Source: the human T2T-CHM13v2.0 reference genome, Homo sapiens. From it: DNA of 64,000 nucleotides. The DNA is taken from the NCBI RefSeq assembly GCF_009914755.1, contig NC_060948.1. The stretch is one strand, 5' to 3'. Each line of letters opens with the position of its first letter. Within the stretch, counting starts at the first letter, position 1. Shown piece by piece: positions 39,157-58,513 of this stretch. Made by a program: the position numbers and the translations under genes. The notes under the pieces are model-generated. The model saw nothing but the letters and a program-made list of their open reading frames with translations, made no database searches and had not been told where the DNA came from.

Positions 39157-41261
39157 AGATCCATATATTTTAAATGAAAAAAAATTTCAAAGGTATTCTG
39201 CTTGGTACAATAATCAAATGTATAAACTGAGGAATAAAACATAACCATGAAACCTACTTATAACTGCATATGGAAAATACAGAGGATAATTTTTTAAATA
39301 ACATATTTTGAAAGCCTTAACTAGTAATTTGAAGAGTTGGCATTTGAAAGGCCAGTATGAATATACCTTCAAAGCAGCAACACAGGTTCCCCATGAGAAA
39401 AAGCAAACACAGGGAAAATAAAAACACAAAGGTTCAATCTCTTCTGACCTTTGAAAGACACAGCACAGACAGTGGTCCTTAGGACGAAGAGCAGGAGACC
39501 CCTAATTCCGTCACCATGGCGATAGGGCATAAACATTGCTGGGTGAGGGCACAATCCACATTGTGAGGTCCAACTGCTGCCAGGAAGACAGGAGTGCTTT
39601 TACATAGACCGAAAGGTCATTGAAGGCTCAGAGTTTTGTTTCAAGAACTGAATCCCAAGCCCACACGTTATTAGGCTGCGCTTCTTAAAACAAGTTATGA
39701 GATGGGAAAAAGGGCACCCACAAATATACGTATACATTATGTATATAATAATATACAGTATCATATATATAATATATATAACCTATGTATAATATTGTTT
39801 TACATCCTGCATCTTATGTTATATATATTGTATAAAATATAATAATTGATAATATATAAGTTTTATAATTATACAATATGACATATAGTATATATTATAA
39901 TTTATGACATATATAATATATGTTATATATCATATATAGAATATATTATACGGTTAATATACGTATTAAATATAAATTATACATTATATATATTATATAT
40001 AATATATCTGTTATATATAATACCCATTATGCATAATATATATATTATGTCTATGTTATATATAGTATAAAACAACATATAATAATATATAATTGTATAT
40101 ATAAAATGCGACATAGAATACATATTATATTTTATAACATATGTAATATATATTATATATTATATATAATACGTTGTATGTATAATACCTATATTAAATA
40201 TATATTATATGACTATGTTATTAATTACATGAAACATGTGTTATATATTATATATTTTACATAGAATATACCGGTTACATACAATATATACTCTGTTACC
40301 TATAATGTATAATTTATTACATGTAAAATAAAGAATGCAATATATTATGTATAATTTATAATATACAATATGTGGAATGTGATATATATAACATATAATA
40401 TATGATATATGATATACAGTATATGATATATAACATACAATATATGATTCCTAATATATATGGTATACAATATATATTTTATGATATGTATTCTATATGT
40501 TTTATATTCTGTTATATATAACTATTTGAAATTATATATAACTGTATAATATTTTATGTAAATATGTAATATAATATATATAATTATATAATATATTATA
40601 TATAACTATATATTATGTTATATATACTTTTATAACATAATTTACATAAAATATCATAACATAATATATATTATATTATTTCATATTACATAATATATAT
40701 TACATATCACCCAATATAACTAACATACATAATATTATAATATAGATTATATTATGTTATATTAAATATCATATATATCATGTATCATATATTCTATAAT
40801 ATATATTACACATTATATAATATGTATGTTGTCTATTATGTGATATATATAACTATATATATAATTATATTTTTATACATATAACTAGATAAACATGTAA
40901 TTCTACATATTTTCATTTATAATATGTAGAATTATATAATCATATATAATTATTTATATTCTATAAAAAATTTTATCATTATATAAATTATAATATATAA
41001 AAATTATAATATGTACTACAAATATATATATTATATATCATATATGCTATAGTACCTTTGTTATATATCATAATACATATAAATGTGTATTATGTTATCT
41101 ATAATTATATAATTCCATATATAAGTTGTATAATATGTATCATATATTATATATGTTATGTAATATATATAGTATATATAAGATGACACAGGATAAATAT
41201 TATATACTATGACATATAAAATATATGAGGTTATATGTTACATATAAGGCATAGCACATAA

Positions 41262-41576
<315 letters not shown>

Positions 41577-43680
41577 AGATCCATATTTTTTAAATGAAAA
41601 AAAATTTCAAAGGTACTCTGCTTGGTACAATAATCAAATGTATAAACTGAGGAATAAAACATAACCATGAAACCTACTTATAACTGCATATGGAAAATAC
41701 AGAGGATAATTTTTTAATAACATATTTTGAAAGCCTTAACTAGTAATTTGAAGAGTTGGCATTTGAAAGGCCAGTATGAATATACCTTCAAAGCAGCAAC
41801 ACAGGTTCCCCATGAGAAAAAGCAAACACAGGGAAAATAAAAACACAAAGGTTCAATCTCTTCTGACCTTTGAAAGACACAGCACAGACAGTGGTCCTTA
41901 GGACGAAGAGCAGGAGACCCCTAATTCCGTCACCATGGCGATAGGGCATAAACATTGCTGGGTGAGGGCACAATCCACATTGTGAGGTCCAACTGCTGCC
42001 AGGAAGACAGGAGTGCTTTTACATAGACCGAAAGGTCATTGAAGGCTCAGAGTTTTGTTTCAAGAACTGAATCCCAAGCCCACACGTTATTAGGCTGCGC
42101 TTCTTAAAACAAGTTATGAGATGGGAAAAAGGGCACCCACAAACATACGTATACATTATGTATATAATAATATACAGTATCATATATATAATATACATAA
42201 CCTATGTATAATATTGTTTTACATCCTGCATCCTATGTTATATATATTGTATAAAATATAATAATTGATAATGTATAAGTTTTATATTTATACAATATGA
42301 CATATAGTATATATTATAATTTATGGCATATATAATATATGTTATATATCATATATAGAATATATTATACGGTTAATATACGTATTAAATATAAATTATA
42401 CATTATATATATTATATATAATATATCTGTTATATATAATACCCATTATGCATAATATATATATTATGTCTATGTTATATATAGTATAAAACAACATATA
42501 ATAATATATAATTGTATATATAAAATGCGACATATAATATATATTATATTTTATAACATATGTAATATATATTATATATTATATATAATACGTTGTATGT
42601 TTAATACCTATATTAAATATATATTATATGACTATGTTATTAATTACATGTCACATGTGTTATATATTATATATTTTACATAGAATATACCGGTTACATA
42701 CAATATATACTATGTTACCTATAATGTATAATTTATTACATGTAAAATAAAGAATGCAATATATTATGTATAATTTATAATATACAATATGTGGAATGTG
42801 ATATATATAACATATAATATATGATATATGATATACAGTATATGATATATAACATACAATATATGATTCCTAATATATATGGTATACAATATATATTTTA
42901 TGATATGTATTCTATATGTTTTATATTCTGTTATATATAACTATTTGAAATTATATATAACTGTATAATATTTTATGTAAATATGTAATATAATATATAT
43001 AACTATATAATATGTTATATATAACTATATATTATGTTATATATACTTTTATAACATAATTTACATAAAATATCATAATATAATATATATTATATTATTT
43101 CATATTACATTATATATATTACATATCACCCAATATAACTAACATACATAATATTATAATATAGATTATATTGTGTTATATTAAATATCATATATATCAT
43201 GTATGATATATTCTATAATATATATTACACATTATATAATATGTATGTTGTCTATTATGTGATATATATAACTATATATATAATTATATTTTTATACATA
43301 TAACTAGATAAACATGTAATTCTACATATTTTCATTTATAATATGTAGAATTATATAATCATATATAATTATTTATATTCTATAAAAAATTTTATCATTA
43401 TATAAATTATAATATATAAAAATTATAATATGTACTACAAATATATATATTATATATCATATATGCTATAGTACCTTTGTTATATATCATAATACATATA
43501 AATGTGTATTATGTTATCTATAATTATATAATTTCATATATAAGTTGTATAATATGTATCATATATTATATATGTTATGTAATATATATAGTATATATAA
43601 GATGACACAGGATAAATATTATATACTATGACATATAAAATATATGAGGTTATATGTTACATATAAGGCATAGCACATAA

Positions 43681-43995
<315 letters not shown>

Positions 43996-46099
43996 AGATC
44001 CATATTTTTTAAATGAAAAAAAATTTCAAAGGTACTCTGCTTGGTACAATAATCAAATGTATAAACTGAGGAATAAAACATAACCATGAAACCTACTTAT
44101 AACTGCATATGGAAAATACAGAGGATAATTTTTTAATAACATATTTTGAAAGCCTTAACTAGTAATTTGAAGAGTTGGCATTTGAAAGGCCAGTATGAAT
44201 ATACCTTCAAAGCAGCAACACAGGTTCCCCATGAGAAAAAGCAAACACAGGGAAAATAAAAACACAAAGGTTCAATCTCTTCTGACCTTTGAAAGACACA
44301 GCACAGACAGTGGTCCTTAGGACGAAGAGCAGGAGACCCCTAATTCCGTCACCATGGCGATAGGGCATAAACATTGCTGGGTGAGGGCACAATCCACATT
44401 GTGAGGTCCAACTGCTGCCAGGAAGACAGGAGTGCTTTTACATAGACCGAAAGGTCATTGAAGGCTCAGAGTTTTGTTTCAAGAACTGAATCCCAAGCCC
44501 ACACGTTATTAGGCTGCGCTTCTTAAAACAAGTTATGAGATGGGAAAAAGGGCACCCACAAACATACGTATACATTATGTATATAATAATATACAGTATC
44601 ATATATATAATATATATAACCTATGTATAATATTGTTTTACATCCTGCATCTTATGTTATATATATTGTATAAAATATAATAATTGATAATATATAAGTT
44701 TTATATTTATACAATATGACATATAGTATATATTATAATTTATGGCATATATAATATATGTTATATATCATATATAGAATATATTATACGGTTAATATAC
44801 GTATTAAATATAAATTATACATTATATATATTATATATAATATATCTGTTATATATAATACCCATTATGCATAATATATATATTATGTCTATGTTATATA
44901 TAGTATAAAACAACATATAATAATATATAATTGTATATATAAAATGCGACATATAATATATATTATATTTTATAACATATGTAATATATATTATATATTA
45001 TATATAATACGTTGTATGTTTAATACCTATATTAAATATATATTATATGACTATGTTATTAATTACATGTCACATGTGTTATATATTATATATTTTACAT
45101 AGAATATACCGGTTACATACAATATATACTATGTTACCTATAATGTATAATTTATTACATGTAAAATAAAGAATGCAATATATTATGTATAATTTATAAT
45201 ATACAATATGTGGAATGTGATATATATAACATATAATATATGATATATGATATACAGTATATGATATATAACATACAATATATGATTCCTAATATATATG
45301 GTATACAATATATATTTTATGATATGTATTCTATATGTTTTATATTCTGTTATATATAACTATTTGAAATTATATATAACTGTATAATATTTTATGTAAA
45401 TATGTAATATAATATATATAACTATATAATATGTTATATATAACTATATATTATGTTATATATACTTTTATAACATAATTTACATAAAATATCATAATAT
45501 AATATATATTATATTATTTCATATTACATAATATATATTACATATCACCCAATATAACTAACATACATAATATTATAATATAGATTATATTGTGTTATAT
45601 TAAATATCATATATATCATGTGTCATATATTCTATAATATATATTACACATTATATAATATGTATGTTGTCTATTATGTGATATATATAACTATATATAT
45701 AATTATATTTTTATACATATAACTAGATAAACATGTAATTCTACATATTTTCATTTATAATATGTAGAATTATATAATCATATATAATTATTTATATTCT
45801 ATAAAAAATTTTATCATTATATAAATTATAATATATAAAAATTATAATATGTACTACAAATATATATATTATATATCATATATGATATAGTACCTTTGTA
45901 ATATTTCATAATACATATAAATGTGTATTATGTTATCTATAATTATATAATTTCATATATAAGATTTATAATATGTATCATATATTATAGATGTTATGTA
46001 ATATATATAGTATATATAAGATGACACAGGATAAATATTATATACTATGACATATAAAATATATGAGGTTATATGTTACATATAAGGCATAGCACATAA

Positions 46100-46414
<315 letters not shown>

Positions 46415-48542
46415 AGATCCATATTTTTTAAATGAAAAAAAATTTCAAAGGTACTCTGCTTGGTACAATAATCAAATGTATAAACTGAGGAATAAAACAT
46501 AACCATGAAACCTACTTATAACTGCATATGGAAAATACAGAGGATAATTTTTTAAATAACATATTTTGAAAGCCTTAACTAGTAATTTGAAGAGTTGGCA
46601 TTTGAAAGGCCAGTATGAATATACCTTCAAAGCAGCAACACAGGTTCCCCATGAGAAAAAGCAAACACAGGGAAAATAAAAACACAAAGGTTCAATCTCT
46701 TCTGACCTTTGAAAGACACAGCACAGACAGTGGTCCTTAGGACGAAGAGCAGGAGACCCCTAATTCCGTCACCATGGCGATAGGGCATAAACATTGCTGG
46801 GTGAGGGCACAATCCACATTGTGAGGTCCAACTGCTGCCAAGAAGACAGGAGTGCTTTTACATAGACCGAAAGGTCATTGAAGGCTCAGAGTTTTGTTTC
46901 AAGAACTGAATCCCAAGCCCACACGTTATTAGGCTGCGCTTCTTAAAACAAGTTATGAGATGGGAAAAAGGGCACCCACAAACATACGTATACATTATGT
47001 ATATAATAATATACAGTATCATATATATAATATATATAACCTATGTATAATATTGTTTTACATCCTGCATCTTATGTTATATATATTGTATAAAATATAA
47101 TAATTGATAATATATAAGTTTTATAATTATACAATATGACATATAGTATATATTATAATTTATGACATATATAATATATGTTATATATCATATATAGAAT
47201 ATATTATACGGTTAATATACGTATTAAATATAAATTATACATTATATATATTATATATAATATATCTGTTATATATAATACCCATTATGCATAATATATA
47301 TATTATGTCTATGTTATATATAGTATAAAACAACATATAATAATATATAATTGTATATATAAAATGCGACATATAATATATATTATATTTTATAACATAT
47401 GTAATATATATTATATATTATATATAATACGTTGTATGTATAATACCTATATTAAATATATATTATATGACTATGTTATTAATTACATGTCACATGTGTC
47501 ACATATTATATATTTTACATAGAATATACCGGTTACATACAATATATACTATGTTACCTATAATGTATAATTTATTACATGTAAAATAAAGAATGCAATA
47601 TATTATGTATAATTTATAATATACAATATGTGGAATGTGATATATATAACATATAATATATGATATATGATATACAGTATATGATATATAACATACAATA
47701 TATGATTCCTAATATATATTGTATACAATATATATTTTATGATATGTATTCTATATATTTTGTATTCTGTTATATATAACTATTTGAAATTATATATAAC
47801 TGTATAATATTTTATGTAGATATGTAATATAATATATATAACTATATAATATATTATATATAACTATATATTATGTTATATATACCTTTATAACATAATT
47901 TACATAAAATATCATAATATAATATATATTATATTATTTCATATTACATAATATATATTACATATCACCCAATATAACTAACATACATAATATTATAATA
48001 TAGATTATATTGTGTTATATTAAATTACATATATATCATGTATCATATATTCTATAATATATATTACACATTATATAATATGTATGTTGTCTATTATGTG
48101 ATATATATAACTATATATATAATTATATTTTTATACATATAACTAGATAAACATGTAATTCTACATATTTTCATTTATAATATGTAGAATTATATAATCA
48201 TATATAATTATTTATATTCTATAAAAAATTTTATCATTATATAAATTATAATATATAAAAATTATAATATGTACTACAAATATATATATTATATATCATA
48301 TATGATATAGTACCTTTGTTATATTTCATAATACATATAAATGTGTATTATGTTATCTATAATTATATAATTTCATATATAAGATGTATAATATGTATCA
48401 TATATTATATATGTTATGTAATATATATAGTATATATAAGATGACACAGGATAAATATTATATACTATGACATATAAAATATATGAGGTTATATGTTACA
48501 TATAAGGCATAGCACATAACATGTAATATATATCATATATAA

Positions 48543-48834
48543 TTTTTTTTTAGACAGAATCTTGTCCTGTTGCACAGGGTGGGGTACAATGGCGCCATCT
48601 TTGCTCACTGCAAATTCTGCCTCACGGGTCCAAGCGATTGTCCTCCCTCAGCCTCCCAGGTAGCTGGGACTACACCACACTGGGACTACACCAGCTGCCA
48701 CCATGCCTAGCTAATTTTTTGGATTTTTAGTAGTGACAGCGTTTCACTGTATTGGCCAGGATGGTCTTCATCTCTTCACCTTGTGATCCCCTTGCCTTGG
48801 CCTCCAAATTTGCTGGGATTACAGGCCTGAGCCA
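48543..48834 (-). mobile_element. Diverged Alu, U21
   Basis: Near-identical copy of the U1 Alu. Confidence 0.93.
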
Positions 48835-50937
48835 AGATCCATATTTTTTAAATGAAAAAAAATTTCAAAGGTACTCTGCTTGGTACAATAATCAAATGTA
48901 TAAACTGAGGAATAAAACATAACCATGAAACCTACTTATAACTGCATATGGAAAATACAGAGGATAATTTTTTAAATAACATATTTTGAAAGCCTTAACT
49001 AGTAATTTGAAGAGTTGGCATTTGAAAGGCCAGTATGAATATACCTTCAAAGCAGCAACACAGGTTCCCCATGAGAAAAAGCAAACACAGGGAAAATAAA
49101 AACACAAAGGTTCAATCTCTTCTGACCTTTGAAAGACACAGCACAGACAGTGGTCCTTAGGACGAAGAGCAGGAGACCCCTAATTCCGTCACCATGGCGA
49201 TAGGGCATAAACATTGCTGGGTGAGGGCACAATCCACATTGTGAGGTCCAACTGCTGCCAGGAAGACAGGAGTGCTTTTACATAGACCGAAAGGTCATTG
49301 AAGGCTCAGAGTTTTGTTTCAAGAACTGAATCCCAAGCCCACACGTTATTAGGCTGCGCTTCTTAAAACAAGTTATGAGATGGGAAAAAGGGCACCCACA
49401 AACATACGTATACATTATGTATATAATAATATACAGTGTCATATATATAATATATATAACCTATGTATAACATTGTTTTACATCCTGCATCTTATGTTAT
49501 ATATATTGTATAAAATATAATAATTGATAATATATAAGTTTTATAGTTATACAATATGACATATAGTATATATTATAATTTATGACATATATAATATATG
49601 TTATATGTCATATATAGAATATATTATACGGTTAATATACGTATTAAATATAAATTATACATTATATATATTATATATAATATATCTGTTATATATAATA
49701 ACCATTATGCATAATATATATATTATGTCTATGTTATATATAGTATAAAACAACATATAATAATATATAATTGTATATATAAAATGCGACATATAATATA
49801 TATTATATTTTATAACATATGTAATATATATTTTATATTATATATAATATGTTGTATGTATAATACCTATATTAAATATATATTATATGACTATGTTATT
49901 AATTACATGTCACATGTGTTATATATTATATATTTTACATAGAATATACCGGTTGCATACAATATATACTATGTTACCTATAATGTATAATTTATTACAT
50001 GTAAAATAAAGAATGCAATATATTATGTAAAATTTATAATATACCATATGTGAAATGTGATATATATAACATATAATATATGATATATGATATACAGTGT
50101 ATGATATATAACATACAATATATGATTCCTAATATATATGGTATACAATATATATTTTATGATATGTATTCTATATGTTTTATATTCTGTTATATATAAC
50201 TATTTGAAATTATATATAACTGTATAATATTTTATGTAAATATGTAATATAATATATATAACTATATAATATATTTTATATAACTATATATTATGTTATA
50301 TATACTTTTATAACATAATTTACATAAAATTTCATAATATAATATATATTATATTATTTCATATTACATAATATATATTACATATCACCCAATATAACTA
50401 ACATACATAATATTATATTATAGATTATATTATGTTATATTAAATATCATATATATCATGTATCATATATTCTATAATATATATTACACATTATATAATA
50501 TGTATGTTGTCTATTATGTGATATATATAACAATAAATATAATTATATTTTTATACATATAACTAGATAAACATGTAATTCTACATATTTTCATTTATAA
50601 TATGTAGAATTATATAATCATATATAATTATTTATATTCTATAAAAAATTTTATCATTATATAAATTATAATATATAAAAATTATAATATGTACTACAAA
50701 TATATATTATATATCATATATGATATAGTACCTTTGTTATATATCATAATACATATAAATGTGTATTATGTTATCTATAATTATATAATTTCATATATAA
50801 GATGTATAATATGTATCATATATTATATATAATATGTAATATATATAGTATATATAAGATGACACAGGATAAATATTATATACTATGACATATAAAATAT
50901 ATGAGGTTATATGTTACATATAAGGCATAGCACATAA

Positions 50938-51252
<315 letters not shown>

Positions 51253-53359
51253 AGATCCATATTTTTTAAATGAAAAAAAATTTCAAAGGTACTCTGCTTG
51301 GTACAATAATCAAATGTATAAACTGAGGAATAAAACATAACCATGAAACCTACTTATAACTGCATATGGAAAATACAGAGGATAATTTTTTAAATAACAT
51401 ATTTTGAAAGCCTTAACTAGTAATTTGAAGAGTTGGCATTTGAAAGGCCAGTATGAATATACCTTCAAAGCAGCAACACAGGTTCCCCATGAGAAAAAGC
51501 AAACACAGGGAAAATAAAAACACAAAGGTTCAATCTCTTCTGACCTTTGAAAGACACAGCACAGACAGTGGTCCTTAGGACGAAGAGCAGGAGACCCCTA
51601 ATTCCGTCACCATGGCGATAGGGCATAAACATTGCTGGGTGAGGGCACAATCCACATTGTGAGGTCCAACTGCTGCCAGGAAGACAGGAGTGCTTTTACA
51701 TAGACCGAAAGGTCATTGAAGGCTCAGAGTTTTGTTTCAAGAACTGAATCCCAAGCCCACACGTTATTAGGCTGCGCTTCTTAAAACAAGTTATGAGATG
51801 GGAAAAAGGGCACCCACAAACATACGTATACATTATGTATATAATAATATACAGTGTCATATATATAATATATATAACCTATGTATAACATTGTTTTACA
51901 TCCTGCATCTTATGTTATATATATTGTATAAAATATAATAATTGATAATATATAAGTTTTATAATTATACAATATGACATATAGTATATATTATAATTTA
52001 TGACATATATAATATATGTTATATGTCATATATAGAATATATTATACGGTTAATATACGTATTAAATATAAATTATACATTATATATATTATATATAATA
52101 TATCTGTTATATATAATAACCATTATGCATAATATATATATTATGTCTATGTTATATATAGTATAAAACAGCATATAATAATATATAATTGTATATATAA
52201 AATGCGACATATAATATATATTATATTTTATAACATATGTAATATATATTTTATATTATATATAATACGTTGTATGTATAATACCTATATTAAATATATA
52301 TTATATGACTATGTTATTAATTACATGTCACATGTGTTATATATTATATATTTTACATAGAATATACCGGTTGCATACAATATATACTATGTTACCTATA
52401 ATGTATAATTTATTACATGTAAAATAAAGAATGCAATATATTATGTATAATTTATAATATACCATATGTGGAATGTGATATATATAACATATAACATATG
52501 ATATATGATATACAGTATATGATATATAACATACGATATATGATTCCTAATATATATGGTATACAATATATATTTTATGATATGTATTCTATGTGTTTTA
52601 TATTCTGTTATATATAATTATTTGAAATTATATATAACTGTATAATATTTTATGTAAATATGTAATATAATATATATAACTATATAATATATTATATATA
52701 ACTATATATTATGTTATATATACTTTTATAACATAATTTACATAAAATATCATAATATAATATATATTATAATATTTCATATTACATAATATATATTACA
52801 TATCACCCAATATAACTAACATACATAATATTATAATATAGATTATATTATGTTATATTAAATATCATATATATCATGTATCATATATTCTATAATATAT
52901 ATTACACATTATATAATATGTATGTTGTCTATTATGTGATATATATAACTATATATATAATTATATTTTTATACATATAACTACATAAACATGTAATTCT
53001 ACATATTTTCATTTATAATATGTAGAATTATATAATCATATATAATTATTTATATTCTATAAAAAATTTTATCATTATATAAATTATAATATATAAAAAT
53101 TATAATATGTACTAAAAATATATATGTATTATATATCATATATGATATAGTAACTTTGTTATATATCATAATATATATAAATGTGTATTATGTTATCTAT
53201 AATTATATAATTTCATATATAAGATGTATAATATGTATCATATATTATATATGTTATGTAATATATATAGTATATATAAGATGACACAGGATAAATATTA
53301 TATACTATGACATATAAAATATATGAGGTTATATGTTACATATAAGGCATAGCACATAA

Positions 53360-53674
<315 letters not shown>

Positions 53675-55779
53675 AGATCCATATTTTTTAAATGAAAAAA
53701 AATTTCAAAGGTACTCTGCTTGGTACAATAATCAAATGTATAAACTGAGGAATAAAACATAACCATGAAACCTACTTATAACTGCATATGGAAAATACAG
53801 AGGATAATTTTTTAAATAACATATTTTGAAAGCCTTAACTAGTAATTTGAAGAGTTGGCATTTGAAAGGCCAGTATGAATATACCTTCAAAGCAGCAACA
53901 CAGGTTCCCCATGAGAAAAAGCAAACACAGGGAAAATAAAAACACAAAGGTTCAATCTCTTCTGACCTTTGAAAGACACAGCACAGACAGTGGTCCTTAG
54001 GACGAAGAGCAGGAGACCCCTAATTCCGTCACCATGGCGATAGGGCATAAACATTGCTGGGTGAGGGCACAATCCACATTGTGAGGTCCAACTGCTGCCA
54101 GGAAGACAGGAGTGCTTTTACATAGACCGAAAGGTCATTGAAGGCTCAGAGTTTTGTTTCAAGAACTGAATCCCAAGCCCACACGTTATTAGGCTGCGCT
54201 TCTTAAAACAACTTATGAGATGGGAAAAAGGGCACCCACAAACATACGTATACATTATGTATATAATAATATACAGTATCATATATATAATATATATAAC
54301 CTATGTATAATATTGTTTTACATCCTGCATCTTATGTTATATATATTGTATAAAATATAATAATTGATAATATATAAGTTTTATAATTATACAATATGAC
54401 ATATAGTATATATTATAATTTATGACATATATAATATATGTTATATATCATATATAGAATATATTATACGGTTAATATACGTATTAAATATAAATTATAC
54501 ATTATATATATTATATATAATATATCTGTTATATATAATACCCATTATGCATAATATATATATTATGTCTATGTTATATATAGTATAAAACAACATATAA
54601 TAATATATAATTGTATATATAAAATGCGACATAGAATACATATTATATTTTATAACATATGTAATATATATTATATATTATATATAATACGTTGTATGTA
54701 TAATACCTATATTAAATATATATTATATGACTATGTTATTAATTACATGAAACATGTGTTATATATTATATATTTTACATAGAATATACCGGTTACATAC
54801 AATATATACTCTGTTACCTATAATGTATAATTTATTACATGTAAAATAAAGAATGCAATATATTATGTATAATTTATAATATACAATATGTGGAATGTGA
54901 TATATATAACATATAATATATGATATATGATATACAGTATATGATATATAACATACAATATATGATTCCTAATATATATGGTATACAATATATATTTTAT
55001 GATATGTATTCTATATGTTTTATATTCTGTTATATATAACTATTTGAAATTATATATAACTGTATAATATTTTATGTAAATATGTAATATAATATATATA
55101 ACTATATAATATGTTATATATAACTATATATTATGTTATATATACTTTTATAACATAATTTACATAAAATATCATAACATAATATATATTATATTATTTC
55201 ATATTACATTATATATATTACATATCACCCAATATAACTAACATACATAATATTATAATATAGATTATATTGTGTTATATTAAATATCATATATATCATG
55301 TATCATATATTCTATAATATATATTACACATTATATAATATGTATGTTGTCTATTATGTGATATATATAACTATATATATAATTATATTTTTATACATAT
55401 AACTAGATAAACATGTAATTCTACATATTTTCATTTATAATATGTAGAATTATATAATCATATATAATTATTTATATTCTATAAAAAATTTTATCATTAT
55501 ATAAATTATAATATATAAAAATTATAATATGTACTACAAATATATATATTATATATCATATATGCTATAGTACCTTTGTTATATATCATAATACATATAA
55601 ATGTGTATTATGTTATCTATAATTATATAATTTCATATATAAGTTGTATAATATGTATCATATATTATATATGTTATGTAATATATATAGTATATATAAG
55701 ATGACACAGGATAAATATTATATACTATGACATATAAAATATATGAGGTTATATGTTACATATAAGGCATAGCACATAA

Positions 55780-56094
<315 letters not shown>

Positions 56095-58198
56095 AGATCC
56101 ATATTTTTTAAATGAAAAAAAATTTCAAAGGTACTCTGCTTGGTACAATAATCAAATGTATAAACTGAGGAATAAAACATAACCAAGAAACCTACTTATA
56201 ACTGCATATGGAAAATACAGAGGATAATTTTTTAATAACATATTTTGAAAGCCTTAACTAGTAATTTGAAGAGTTGGCATTTGAAAGGCCAGTATGAATA
56301 TACCTTCAAAGCAGCAACACAGGTTCCCCATGAGAAAAAGCAAACACAGGGAAAATAAAAACACAAAGGTTCAATCTCTTCTGACCTTTGAAAGACACAG
56401 CACAGACAGTGGTCCTTAGGACGAAGAGCAGGAGACCCCTAATTCCGTCACCATGGCGATAGGGCATAAACATTGCTGGGTGAGGGCACAATCCACATTG
56501 TGAGGTCCAACTGCTGCCAGGAAGACAGGAGTGCTTTTACATAGACCGAAAGGTCATTGAAGGCTCAGAGTTTTGTTTCAAGAACTGAATCCCAAGCCCA
56601 CACGTTATTAGGCTGCGCTTCTTAAAACAAGTTATGAGATGGGAAAAAGGGCACCCACAAACATACGTATACATTATGTATATAATAATATACAGTATCA
56701 TATATATAATATATATAACCTATGTATAATATTGTTTTACATCCTGCATCTTATGTTATATATATTGTATAAAATATAATAATTGATAATATATAAGTTT
56801 TATATTTATACAATATGACATATAGTATATATTATAATTTATGGCATATATAATATATGTTATATATCATATATAGAATATATTATACGGTTAATATACG
56901 TATTAAATATAAATTATACATTATATATATTATATATAATATATCTGTTATATATAATACCCATTATGCATAATATATATATTATGTCTATGTTATATAT
57001 AGTATAAAACAACATATAATAATATATAATTGTATATATAAAATGCGACATATAATATATATTATATTTTATAACATATGTAATATATATTATATATTAT
57101 ATATAATACGTTGTATGTTTAATACCTATATTAAATATATATTATATGACTATGTTATTAATTACATGTCACATGTGTTATATATTATATATTTTACATA
57201 GAATATACCGGTTACATACAATATATACTATGTTACCTATAATGTATAATTTATTACATGTAAAATAAAGAATGCAATATATTATGTATAATTTATAATA
57301 TACAATATGTGGAATGTGATATATATAACATATAATATATGATATATGATATACAGTATATGATATATAACATACAATATATGATTCCTAATATATATGG
57401 TATACAATATATATTTTATGATATGTATTCTATATGTTTTATATTCTGTTATATATAACTATTTGAAATTATATATAACTGTATAATATTTTATGTAAAT
57501 ATGTAATATAATATATATAACTATATAATATGTTATATATAACTATATATTATGTTATATATACTTTTATAACATAATTTACATAAAATATCATAACATA
57601 ATATATATTATATTATTTCATATTACATTATATATATTACATATCACCCAATATAACTAACATACATAATATTATAATATAGATTATATTGTGTTATATT
57701 AAATATCATATATATCATGTATCATATATTCTATAATATATATTACACATTATATAATATGTATGTTGTCTATTATGTGATATATATAACTATATATATA
57801 ATTATATTTTTATACATATAACTAGATAAACATGTAATTCTACATATTTTCATTTATAATATGTAGAATTATATAATCATATATAATTATTTATATTCTA
57901 TAAAAAATTTTATCATTATATAAATTATAATATATAAAAATTATAATATGTACTACAAATATATATATTATATATCATATATGCTATAGTACCTTTGTTA
58001 TATATCATAATACATATAAATGTGTATTATGTTATCTATAATTATATAATTTCATATATAAGTTGTATAATATGTATCATATATTATATATGTTATGTAA
58101 TATATATAGTATATATAAGATGACACAGGATAAATATTATATACTATGACATATAAAATATATGAGGTTATATGTTACATATAAGGCATAGCACATAA

Positions 58199-58513
<315 letters not shown>
